DNA of 32,000 bases from Trichlorobacter lovleyi SZ (GTDB taxonomy: Bacteria > Desulfobacterota > Desulfuromonadia > Geobacterales > Pseudopelobacteraceae). Made by a program: the position numbers and the translations under genes. Location of the stretch: positions 1,410,001-1,442,000 of the forward strand of contig NC_010814.1 of assembly GCF_000020385.1 (NCBI RefSeq), written 5' to 3'. The notes under the pieces were generated by a model. It did no database searches, was not told where the DNA came from, and worked only from the letters and a program-made list of their open reading frames with translations. Positions 16,297 through 25,256 of this stretch are shown here, in pieces (within the stretch, counting starts at the first letter, position 1; every line of letters starts with the position of its first letter).

Positions 16297-16429
16297 GGTA
16301 CTACCTCGTGAATTTTTTTTGTTTGGTTAAACTTTTGTTTTGTGTGGGCAATTAATTTGTTTTGTAACCCGTTGAATTTTGAAGGTTTGCTCAATACCAT
16401 AGCGACGACTGGGCGTCAAGCCCCGGTGG

Positions 16430-17605
16430 TCAGGTCTGACGTGTTGAAGGTCCAAAACGCAGCACAAGGTAGCCCGCTACGCCGGATAACAGTGATCCCA
16501 GCACAATCGCCAGTTTATCTGCGTACTGGTAGATAGCATCGTCAGTAAAGGCCAGTGAGTCTATGAAAAGGCTCATGGTAAAGCCGATGCCGGTCATCAG
16601 GCAGACACCATACAGCTGGCGCCAGTTACTGGTTGCCGGCAGGCGTGCCAGCCCGCTTTTGATGGCAAGCCAGCTGAACCCGAAGACCCCGACCTGCTTG
16701 CCAATGAACAGCCCCAGCATGATCCCCAGCGGCACCGGGGTGGCCAGCTGGTTCAGCGACAGGCCGCGCAGGTCAATCCCGGCATTCACAAAGGCGAACA
16801 GCGGCAGGATCATAAACGAAACCCACGGGTGCAGATCATGTTCCAGTTGGGCAGCCAGGGCCTTTTTGCCTGTTTTTGCGCTACGGGTCTCAAGGGGAAT
16901 CATGAAGGCCAGTGCCACGCCGGCCAGGGTGGCGTGGACACCGGATTTCAGCACACTGACCCATAGTACGGCACCCAAAAGGATATAGGCCGCCCTGCGT
17001 TCTACGCCAAAGCGGTTGAGTGCAAACAGGGCCAGCAAGGTGACTGAGGCAACGGCAATGGAAGCCAGTGATAGGTCAGAGGTATAGAAGAGGGCGATGA
17101 TCACAATGGCGCCCAGATCGTCAATAATTGCCAGCGCCAGCAGGAATATCTTCAATGAAGCCGGCACCCGGTTACCCAATAACGACAGGATACCCAGGGC
17201 AAAGGCGATGTCGGTTGCCGTGGGGATGGCCCAGCCATGCAGGGATGCTGGTTCTTGGTGATTGAAGCCGACATAGATCAGGGCCGGCACCAGCATACCG
17301 CCAATGGCGGCAATGACCGGCAGGGCCGCTTGATTCCAGGAAGAGAGGTTGCCCCGGATCAGTTCGCGCTTGACCTCAAGCCCCACCAGCAGGAAGAAAA
17401 CAGCCATCAGGCCGTCATTGATCCAGAGCAGCAGTGGCTTGGCAATCTTCAAGGCCCCGAACTGAACAGCTACCGGTGTGTGCAGAAAACTGTTGTAGAC
17501 CTCGGCAAGGGGAGAGTTTTTCAGCAGCAGGGCCGCTATTGTGACCAGCATCAACAGGATGCCGGTGAATGATTCTTGTTCGTAAAATTCCTTGAGTCGT
17601 TGCAT
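16430..17605 (-). CDS. nhaA: Na+/H+ antiporter NhaA
   Basis: The track ORF extends to 17668. I prefer the ATG at 17605 (MQRLKEFYEQESFTGILL...), which has GGGGG about 5 nt upstream and matches the usual NhaA N-terminus. WINDGLMAVFFLLVGLE and LALAIIDDLGAIVIIALFY (the Asp-Asp pair) are NhaA hallmarks. Confidence 0.92.
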   Translation of the reverse strand: MQRLKEFYEQESFTGILLMLVTIAALLLKNSPLAEVYNSFLHTPVAVQFGALKIAKPLLLWINDGLMAVFFLLVGLEVKRELIRGNLSSWNQAALPVIAAIGGMLVPALIYVGFNHQEPASLHGWAIPTATDIAFALGILSLLGNRVPASLKIFLLALAIIDDLGAIVIIALFYTSDLSLASIAVASVTLLALFALNRFGVERRAAYILLGAVLWVSVLKSGVHATLAGVALAFMIPLETRSAKTGKKALAAQLEHDLHPWVSFMILPLFAFVNAGIDLRGLSLNQLATPVPLGIMLGLFIGKQVGVFGFSWLAIKSGLARLPATSNWRQLYGVCLMTGIGFTMSLFIDSLAFTDDAIYQYADKLAIVLGSLLSGVAGYLVLRFGPSTRQT

Positions 17606-17733
17606 GATTCCCCCGACAGAATTGATGCTGAATGCACGCAGTATAAGTTCAGTGGCCCGCCTTGACAACGTCTTGATGTGTGGTACCTCAGATAGAAATG
17701 AAATAGATCATACACAGCAGCGTGAGGTTACCG

Positions 17734-18939
17734 ATGGAATTGTCCCGCCTGATCCGCTTCAACCACCTGAATCATCTGCGTTTGTTTCTCTCTGCTGCCA
17801 CGATTGCCAGCCTGTTTCTTCCGGTAGCAGGCTGCAGTAAAAAAGAACCGTCCACAGGCCAGGTGCCGGTGACCGAGGTGGTTGCCGTGACGGTTCAGCC
17901 CCAAACCGTACCGGCTGTGTTTCCCTTTGTGGCCCAGATACAAAGCTCCCACCAGGTGGATGTGATGGCCAGGGTAAACGGCTTTCTTGAGAAGATCAGT
18001 TACCAGGAAGGGGAGCCGGTCAAGCAGGGACAGGTGTTGTTTCTGCTTGATAAGAAGCCGTTTGTGGCAGCGGTAAATGCAGCCAGGGCCGCGGTTGATA
18101 TCAGGAAGTCCCAGCTGTTTACTGCCAAGGCCAGTCTTGACCGGATCAAGCCGCTGGCTGATCAGAATGCTGCCAGCAAGAGCGATCTGGATAATGCCAT
18201 CGGCAACTTCAAGACCGCCGAGGCCGGTTTGCAACAGGATCAGGCAAACCTGGACAAGGCGTTGCTGGATTTAAGTTATACTACCATCACGTCACCGGTC
18301 AGCGGTGTGGCCAGCCAGGCCCTGATTCGTGAAGGGGGCTATATCGCTGCCGGCAGCAGTTCCGCCAAGCTGACCTATGTCGCCAAACTGGACCCGGCCT
18401 GGGTTGATTTCAGTGTGTCCCAGAACGAGCAGGCCAAGATGCGTCAGGCCGTGGACAATGGAGAAATCGTCGGGCCAAAGGAGAACCGTTTTACCGTTGA
18501 ACTTGAACTGTCCGATGGCAGGCGCTACCCCTTGGCGGGAGTGGTGAATTTTGCTGATCCTTCGTTTAATAAAGATACCGGTACCTATCTGGTGCGGGCT
18601 GAAATTTCCAACCCGAAAGGGGTGCTGCGTCCCGGCATGTTTGTCAAGGCCTACCTGAAAGGGGCAACCCGTCCCAATGCACTGACGGTTCCCCAACGGG
18701 CCGTGCAGCAGACCAGCAACGGCCATGTGGTCTTTGTAGCCAATGACAAGGGGCTGGCAGAGGTCCGCCCGGTGGTGGTGGGGGAATGGGTTGAGCAGGA
18801 CTGGATTATCAACAAGGGGCTCAAGGCCGGTGACAGGGTGATTGTGGATGGCTTTATGAAGCTGGCCCCCGGTGCCCCGGTCAAGCTGGTTACACCTGAA
18901 GAGTTGAAGAAGTCAGCTCAGTCGGCAGCAGTCAAGTAA
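17734..18939 (+). CDS. RND efflux periplasmic adaptor (membrane fusion protein), lipoprotein
   Basis: The track ORF starts at GTG 17722. The ATG at 17734 has GAGG 6 nt upstream. It has a signal peptide with lipobox LPVAGC and an AcrA/MexA-like coiled-coil and barrel pattern. Confidence 0.88.
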   Translation: MELSRLIRFNHLNHLRLFLSAATIASLFLPVAGCSKKEPSTGQVPVTEVVAVTVQPQTVPAVFPFVAQIQSSHQVDVMARVNGFLEKISYQEGEPVKQGQVLFLLDKKPFVAAVNAARAAVDIRKSQLFTAKASLDRIKPLADQNAASKSDLDNAIGNFKTAEAGLQQDQANLDKALLDLSYTTITSPVSGVASQALIREGGYIAAGSSSAKLTYVAKLDPAWVDFSVSQNEQAKMRQAVDNGEIVGPKENRFTVELELSDGRRYPLAGVVNFADPSFNKDTGTYLVRAEISNPKGVLRPGMFVKAYLKGATRPNALTVPQRAVQQTSNGHVVFVANDKGLAEVRPVVVGEWVEQDWIINKGLKAGDRVIVDGFMKLAPGAPVKLVTPEELKKSAQSAAVK

Positions 18940-18948
18940 GGGGGGATC

Positions 18949-21900
18949 ATGGGAAGCTTTTTTATTGATCGCCCTGTCTTTGCTGCAGTGATTGCCATCA
19001 TCATTACCCTGGGGGGGCTGGTTGCCCTCAAGGTTACGCCGATTGCTCAGTACCCTAATATTGCCCCTCCCACGGTGCAGGTCTCGGCCTTCTATCCCGG
19101 CGCCACTGCCGAGGTGATCGCCAATACGGTTGCTGCGCCGATCGAGCAGCAGGTCAACGGCGTGGATGGTATGAGCTACATGTCCTCCACCAGCGCCTCA
19201 TCCGGTAACATGAGCCTGACCGTTACCTTTGAGCCGGGCACTGACCCGGATATGGCCCAGGTCAACGTACAGAACCGGGTCAGCCAGGCCTCTGCCCTGT
19301 TACCGGACGTGGTCAGCCAACAGGGGGTAACGGTCCAGAAACGCTCCCAGTCCTTTATGATGGTGATCAGCGTCTATTCCCCCGATGACCGCTATGATCC
19401 GGTTTACCTGGGTAACTATGCCAACCTGTATATCCTGGATGCCATCAAGCGGATTCCCGGCGCCAACCTTTCTTCCATGTTTCCCCTGCCGGATGTGGCG
19501 ATGCGGATCTGGCTCAAGCCTGATCGCCTGGCCCAGCTGGGGCTGACAGCCCAGGATATTGCCACTGCCATCCAGCAGCAGAACAAGGCCTTTGGTGTCG
19601 GTTCCATCGGCCAGTCGCCTTCGCCCAGGGGAACCCAACAGACCTTTGTGGTCACCACCAAGGGGATGCTGTCTGACCCTGCCGAGTTTGAGAACATCAT
19701 TATCCGTGCCGCGTCGGCAGGTTCTGCACTGGTACGGCTGAAGGATGTGGCCCGTGCCGAGCTGGGAGGCAAGGATTACTCCGTCACCACCAAGGTCAAC
19801 GGTAAAAAGTCAGTTGCCATTGTGGTCTATCAGCAGCCCGGTGCCAATGCCATTGAAACCTCCAAGCAGATCAACAAACTGCTGGCAGGCCTGAAAAAGA
19901 GCTTCCCCCAGGGGATGGAGTACAAGGTGGTGCTGGATACCAGTGAGTTTACCGATGCCTCCATTGAAAAAGTGGTGCATACCTTCTTTGAGGCGGTGGT
20001 GCTGGTGGTGCTGGTGGTGTTTCTGTTTCTGCAGAGTTTCCGGGCCACCTTTATTCCTATCCTGGCGGTGCCGATTGCCATTGTCGGTACCTATATGGGG
20101 ATACTGGCGCTGGGGTTCTCCACCAATATGCTGACCCTGTTCGGCATGATCCTGGCCATCGGCCTGGTGGTGGACGATGCCATCATTGTGGTGGAAAACG
20201 TTGAACATAACATGGCCACCTATGGCATGACCCCGATGGAGGCTGCCAAAAAGGCGATGTCAGAACTGACCGGCGCCTTGATCGCCATTGTACTGGTGCT
20301 GGGGTCGGTCTTTCTGCCGGTGGCCTTTCTAGGGGGGATGACCGGTACGCTCTACAAGCAGTTTGCGGTTACCATCGCCATCTCCATGGTACTTTCCGGC
20401 GTGGTGGCGCTGACCCTTTCACCAGCCCTGGCTGCACGGATTCTGAAGCCGGGGCATGGCGAGAAGAAGGGCTTCTTCAAGTGGTTTGAAGATCGCTTTA
20501 ATCGCCTGACCGAACTGTACACCAGCGGGGTACGCTGGCTGATCAATCACCGCAGCATCGGCCTGGGGCTGTTCTGTGGTGTGCTGGCGTTGGTACTGCT
20601 GCTGTTCAGGATTGTTCCGGGCAGTTTTGTGCCGGAGGAGGATCAGGGCTATCTGTTTGTAGGCACCATGATGCCTGATGCCAGCAGCCTTGAACGGACC
20701 ACGGCGGTCAGTGACCGGGCAGTGCAGTTTGCCCAGACCAACAAGGCCATGGGGGACATCACCCAGATTAACGGCTACAGCCTGATTGACGGTAGCGTCA
20801 AGGATAATGCCGGTCTGTTGTTTGCCGCGCTTAAGCCGTATAGTGAGCGGGAGGGGAAGGGAACTGACGCCGCAAGCGTGCAAAAGGATCTTGGCCGCAA
20901 ACTGCATGGTATCAAAGAAGGGGTGGTCTTTCCGATCAATCCACCCTCCATTCCCGGTCTGGGCAGTACCGGCGGTTTTGAGTTCTATATCCAGAGCAAG
21001 GGGGGCGGCTCTCCCCAGGAACTGGAGAAAATCACCAAGCAGTTTGTTGCCGAGACCCGTAAGCGTAAAGAACTGTCCGGTGTCTCCACTACCTTCTCTG
21101 CCAGCCAGCAGCAGCTCTATCTTGATGTTAACCGGGCACAGGCAGAATTGCTGGGTGTGCCGGTATCCACGGTCTTTGAGACCCTGCAGTCATACTTCGG
21201 TTCTGCCTACGTGGGGCAGTTTCTGCAGTATGGCCGGATCTGGCAGGTCATCCAGCAATCTGAACCTGACTACCGTGATAAACCCAATGACCTGACCCAG
21301 ATCTATGTCCGTTCAAGCAGTGGCAGTATGATCCCGCTTTCCGCCATGGCAACCATCAGATATGTGGCTGGTCCCAGCCTGTTGCCCCGCTTTAACGGCT
21401 TCCCGGCCTCCAAGCTGAACGGCAGCCAGGCATCAGGTTACAGCTCCGGTCAGGCCATCAGCGCCATGGAGGAGGTGGCCGGGAAGGTGCTGCCGGAGGG
21501 CTATGGCTATTCCTGGTCAGGTCAGGCCTTTGAAGAGAAAAAGGCCGGTAATACCTCAACCATGGCCTTTGCATTTGGTCTGATCATGGTCTTTCTGATT
21601 CTGGCTGCCCAGTATGAGAAATGGTCCCTGCCGGTGGGGGTGGTGCTGTCGGTCCCCTTTGCCCTTTGCGGTGCCCTGCTGTTTACCTGGGTACGTGGCC
21701 TGGAAAATGATGTCTACTTTCAGGTCGGCCTGGTGACCCTGGTGGGGCTGTCCGCCAAAAACGCCATCCTGATCATAGAATTTGCGGCTGATAACCTGAA
21801 AAAGGGGATGGAGCCGGCTGAAGCGGCCATTGAAGCAGCCCGGTTGCGTCTGCGCCCGATTGTGATGACCTCCCTGGCCTTTATTCTTGGCTGTGTACCG

Positions 21901-22098
21901 ATGGCCATAGCCCACGGTGCCGGTGCAAACAGTCTGCGTGCCATCGGGACCGGTGTGATCGGCGGCATGCTGGCCTCCACCCTGGTGGCCTCCTTCTTTG
22001 TGCCGCTCTTCTTTGTGCTGCTTGAGTCAGCCAGCGGTATCTTCAGCCGTAAAAAGGGTGTCAAGGCCCTGCAGGAAGGGGGCAACGACCATGCGTAA
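18949..22098 (+). CDS. RND multidrug efflux permease (HAE1, AcrB/MexB-like)
   Basis: 1049-aa ORF with a GGGGGG RBS. It has the typical AcrB N-terminus FFIDRPVFAAVIAIIITLGG and a 12-TM/two-large-loop layout. Confidence 0.95.
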   Translation: MGSFFIDRPVFAAVIAIIITLGGLVALKVTPIAQYPNIAPPTVQVSAFYPGATAEVIANTVAAPIEQQVNGVDGMSYMSSTSASSGNMSLTVTFEPGTDPDMAQVNVQNRVSQASALLPDVVSQQGVTVQKRSQSFMMVISVYSPDDRYDPVYLGNYANLYILDAIKRIPGANLSSMFPLPDVAMRIWLKPDRLAQLGLTAQDIATAIQQQNKAFGVGSIGQSPSPRGTQQTFVVTTKGMLSDPAEFENIIIRAASAGSALVRLKDVARAELGGKDYSVTTKVNGKKSVAIVVYQQPGANAIETSKQINKLLAGLKKSFPQGMEYKVVLDTSEFTDASIEKVVHTFFEAVVLVVLVVFLFLQSFRATFIPILAVPIAIVGTYMGILALGFSTNMLTLFGMILAIGLVVDDAIIVVENVEHNMATYGMTPMEAAKKAMSELTGALIAIVLVLGSVFLPVAFLGGMTGTLYKQFAVTIAISMVLSGVVALTLSPALAARILKPGHGEKKGFFKWFEDRFNRLTELYTSGVRWLINHRSIGLGLFCGVLALVLLLFRIVPGSFVPEEDQGYLFVGTMMPDASSLERTTAVSDRAVQFAQTNKAMGDITQINGYSLIDGSVKDNAGLLFAALKPYSEREGKGTDAASVQKDLGRKLHGIKEGVVFPINPPSIPGLGSTGGFEFYIQSKGGGSPQELEKITKQFVAETRKRKELSGVSTTFSASQQQLYLDVNRAQAELLGVPVSTVFETLQSYFGSAYVGQFLQYGRIWQVIQQSEPDYRDKPNDLTQIYVRSSSGSMIPLSAMATIRYVAGPSLLPRFNGFPASKLNGSQASGYSSGQAISAMEEVAGKVLPEGYGYSWSGQAFEEKKAGNTSTMAFAFGLIMVFLILAAQYEKWSLPVGVVLSVPFALCGALLFTWVRGLENDVYFQVGLVTLVGLSAKNAILIIEFAADNLKKGMEPAEAAIEAARLRLRPIVMTSLAFILGCVPMAIAHGAGANSLRAIGTGVIGGMLASTLVASFFVPLFFVLLESASGIFSRKKGVKALQEGGNDHA

Positions 22099-23476
22099 CT
22101 TCATGTTTGTTACAATGCTGCTGTTGGTGTGCGGCTGCAGCGTGGGGCCTGATTATGTCCGCCCTGACGTAAAGGCGCCTGACCAATGGAATGTGGAGTA
22201 CAAGGCTGCTGCAGATCTGGCCAATACCCAGTGGTGGAAGCTGTTTGGCGACAAGGTGCTGGATGATCTGATTGAGACTGCAGTGCGGGGCAACCTGGAC
22301 CTGAAGAGTGCCACAGCCAAGGTGGATCAGTATCTGGGGGTACTGGACACCACCCGTTCCCAGTACTTCCCGCAGATATCAGCAGGTTTCAATCCTGGGG
22401 CTACCCATACCGGCAGCAGTACCACCCAGAGTTACCAGGCCACGGTGAATGCCACCTGGGAGCTTGACCTGTGGGGCAAGATCAGGCGTTCCAGCGAGGC
22501 GGCCCAGGCCCAGATTGTGGGCAGTGAGGCTGGCCGTCGGGCGGTGATCATGACGGTGGTCTCCAACGTGGCCAGCGGCTACATCACCCTGCGGGGGATG
22601 GACCGCCAGTTGGAGATAGCCAGAGACACGGAAAAGGCCTATGCCGAGAGCCTGAAGCTGTTTCAGCTGCGTTTCAAGTACGGGACCATTTCGCAACTTG
22701 AACTGTCCCAGGCTGAATCCAATTATGAAGCTGCCCGTCAGGCCATACCCAGCTACGAATCACTGGTGCGCCAGCAGGAGAACCTGATCTCGCTTTTGTT
22801 GGGGCGTGCACCGGGCCCGATCCCGCGGGGCAAGACCATTGATGAACTGATCCCGCCCGGTATCCCGGCCGGCCTGCCGTCGCTGTTGCTGGAACGGCGT
22901 CCGGATATCATTCAGGCCGAGCAGAACCTGATTGCTGCCAATGCCGAGATCGGTGTTGCCAAGGCAGCCTACTTTCCCAAGATTTCACTGACCGGGGCAT
23001 TGGGGGTGTCCAGTGGCGATATCAGCAGGCTGTTTGTGCCGGGGGCCGGCATCTGGTCTGCCGGTGCCCAACTGGCTCAGCCGCTCTTCAATTTCGGTCA
23101 GACCGCCGGACAGGTCAAGCAGGCCGAGGCCCAGCAGCAGCAGGCCTTGTATCAATACCAACAGACGATTCTGACCGCCTTCAGAGAGGTTGAAGATGCC
23201 CTGATCAAGACCACCAAGGGTAGGGAACAACTGGAGGCCCAGAGACGGCAGGTTGCCTCACTGAGCGACTATGACCGTCTGGCACGGCTGCAGTTTGAGG
23301 CCGGTACCTCAAGCTATCTGCAGGTCCTGGATGCTGATCGCTCACTGTTCACCGGCAAGCTGGACAAGACCAAGACTCACTATGACCTGCTGGTGTCGTT
23401 GATCTCCGTCTACAAGGCCATGGGGGGCGGCTGGGTAAACGAGGCGGATAAGCTGCAGGAGCCGCAGAAAAAATGA
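22091..23476 (+). CDS. RND efflux outer-membrane factor lipoprotein (NodT/OprM family)
   Basis: An in-frame ATG at 22091 (MRNFMFVTMLLLVCGCSVGPDY) gives a signal peptide plus a lipobox-like VCGC. It overlaps the permease stop by 8 nt. It has the duplicated OEP-repeat organisation. Confidence 0.88.
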   Translation: MRNFMFVTMLLLVCGCSVGPDYVRPDVKAPDQWNVEYKAAADLANTQWWKLFGDKVLDDLIETAVRGNLDLKSATAKVDQYLGVLDTTRSQYFPQISAGFNPGATHTGSSTTQSYQATVNATWELDLWGKIRRSSEAAQAQIVGSEAGRRAVIMTVVSNVASGYITLRGMDRQLEIARDTEKAYAESLKLFQLRFKYGTISQLELSQAESNYEAARQAIPSYESLVRQQENLISLLLGRAPGPIPRGKTIDELIPPGIPAGLPSLLLERRPDIIQAEQNLIAANAEIGVAKAAYFPKISLTGALGVSSGDISRLFVPGAGIWSAGAQLAQPLFNFGQTAGQVKQAEAQQQQALYQYQQTILTAFREVEDALIKTTKGREQLEAQRRQVASLSDYDRLARLQFEAGTSSYLQVLDADRSLFTGKLDKTKTHYDLLVSLISVYKAMGGGWVNEADKLQEPQKK

Positions 23477-24934
23477 TCAGATTCGTAACAGGTCCAGCTG
23501 AAAGGTGTCCTTGAGTATCTGCAGCATCAGGTTGACCGCTTTTAAAGCCGTGCGCAGCTGTTCCTGCTCCCGGTTGCTCAGCAGACTCGGATCGCAGAAG
23601 TTGTCCGGTGTCTTTCCGGCTGCAACGGCATCAAGCTGCACCATCAGACGTAGCCGTACCAGCAGGCTGAATGCCTCTTCAATGCTGTTCAGGTCATCTT
23701 TGGAAATCTGACTGTCCTGACGTAGCCAGCCCAGTTTGTCCCAGGTGGTACCACCCATGCTGCGGTGTAGCAGTGTTAAAAGACTAACCCCCTGGGTCAG
23801 GGCAAAGATTCCCGCCTTTTTCAAGTCAAGACTGCCTTTGTGCTCACCTTTATGCTCAAGCTTGATCCGGCCGAACAGACCCAGTGGCGGACTGAACTGT
23901 ACGATGTTGTGAGCCATGTAGGAGAAGAACAGGGAATGATGATGACTGGTGGTGATAATATGTTCCCGCAGTTTTTTCCCCAGTGACAGATTGCCGTGGA
24001 TGACCCGAAGATCCTGAAACATGCCGAATTTGACCATGTTTTTAAGCGTTGGGGTGTTGATCCAGCGGGCTGTGATGCGCTGCCAGGTGGAGATGCTGTG
24101 GCACCACTGGCGATTACTGGCCATAATCCCTCCGGGGCAGCGGGGCACGCCGATAAACTCCAGGCGGTCAACCACCCGGCTGGCAAACTGTTTGATCTGC
24201 TTCAGCTCATCAGTCGATACAGAATCACTGTAGACAATGGCGTTATCCTGGTCAGTCCGCAGGGTCTGCTCTTCACGTCCCTCGCTGCCCATTACCAGAA
24301 AAGCTGCTGAGCGCGGCAACCTGACAGCCTCAAGCCGTTCCAGTAATGCGATTACCTGCAGTGTCATCAGATCATTAAAATGTGATATCAGCGAAATCAG
24401 GCTCTGGGTGTCGGCACCGGCCTTGACCACAAACTGCAGCAGTTCAATGATCCGTGTACTGATCATCTGCAGCTGTTCAAAGTTTTCAGCCGCTTCAATC
24501 TCCTGCGAAAGGTACAGGGGGCAGCGGCTTTGAATCCTCAGCAGATCACTGTTGGTGATAACGCCTGCCAGGCTGCCATCATCGTTTACAACCACCAGAC
24601 GGTGGATATTGAAACGGGCCATTTTAAAGATTGCCTTGAAGAGGTAATCATGCCGCCTGATGGTAATCAGGTCTGTTTGCATCAGATCCTGTACGGTACG
24701 TGTTGCCAGTGCGTGATAGTCTGTGGCAACACAATTACGCAGATCCCGCAGTGAAACAATTCCCACCGGTTTTTCGTCTTCAACCACCACGATTCCCGAT
24801 ATGTTGTGCTGCTGCATCAGGCCGGCCATTTCTATCAAGCCGGTCTGTGGCGGGCAGGTGATCGGCATACGGGTACACAGCAGATCCACCTCTATAAAGT
24901 AGAACGTATCCTGGTTGATCAAGCTGTCTGCCAT
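23477..24934 (-). CDS. CBS-pair plus DUF294 nucleotidyltransferase plus DUF294_C protein (COG2905-like, no cNMP domain)
   Basis: The track ORF extends to 25024. The ATG at 24934 has GGGAGG 5 nt upstream (MADSLINQ...). There are two CBS modules (ISGIVVVEDEKPVGIVSLRDL and IHRLVVVNDDGSLAGVITNSDL). The polymerase-beta-type NTase motif is MGSEGREEQTLRTDQDNAIVY. A C-terminal helical DUF294_C-like domain follows. Confidence 0.85.
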   Translation of the reverse strand: MADSLINQDTFYFIEVDLLCTRMPITCPPQTGLIEMAGLMQQHNISGIVVVEDEKPVGIVSLRDLRNCVATDYHALATRTVQDLMQTDLITIRRHDYLFKAIFKMARFNIHRLVVVNDDGSLAGVITNSDLLRIQSRCPLYLSQEIEAAENFEQLQMISTRIIELLQFVVKAGADTQSLISLISHFNDLMTLQVIALLERLEAVRLPRSAAFLVMGSEGREEQTLRTDQDNAIVYSDSVSTDELKQIKQFASRVVDRLEFIGVPRCPGGIMASNRQWCHSISTWQRITARWINTPTLKNMVKFGMFQDLRVIHGNLSLGKKLREHIITTSHHHSLFFSYMAHNIVQFSPPLGLFGRIKLEHKGEHKGSLDLKKAGIFALTQGVSLLTLLHRSMGGTTWDKLGWLRQDSQISKDDLNSIEEAFSLLVRLRLMVQLDAVAAGKTPDNFCDPSLLSNREQEQLRTALKAVNLMLQILKDTFQLDLLRI

Positions 24935-25038
24935 GGTGCCTCCCGCTGCATAAACATCGGTTTGTAGTGTTGCGCTACGTTTTGTTGATATTCTTGAAAC
25001 GTGAGTGTAACGGCTGTTTATCATAAAATTTAAACGGC

Positions 25039-25066
25039 ATTATATTTTTTTTGTATACTGCGGCAA
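25039..25066 (-). promoter_or_regulatory. Candidate sigma-70 promoter for the CBS-DUF294 gene (TTGCCG-N16-TATAAT) with a GTATAC motif in the spacer
   Basis: The minus strand reads TTGCCG (complement of 25061-25066), then the spacer CAGTATACAAAAAAAA, then a consensus TATAAT (complement of 25039-25044). This is about 105 nt upstream of the ATG at 24934. Confidence 0.4.
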
Positions 25067-25165
25067 AAAAGCGATTCAGGGGTAGAGGTGTATTGGTTGT
25101 TTGTTTTTTTAACTTGCTTAAATCACTATATAAAATTTGATTAATGTTTTTTGAAAAAAATAGTG

Positions 25166-25183
25166 TTGACAATTTTAGAACAT
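25166..25183 (+). promoter_or_regulatory. TTGACAATTTTAGAACAT element upstream of iclR (possible -35 plus operator)
   Basis: It matches 28714-28731 (TTGACTATTTTAAAACAT) at 16 of 18 positions. Only weak -10 candidates lie 16-17 nt downstream (TTAAAT/TAAATG). Confidence 0.3.
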
Positions 25184-25256
25184 AATATTAAATGGCAGTA
25201 TATGCTGTTTGTAGAACGAATTAGAACAAAATTTGATTAATCCGTTTGGAGACAGT

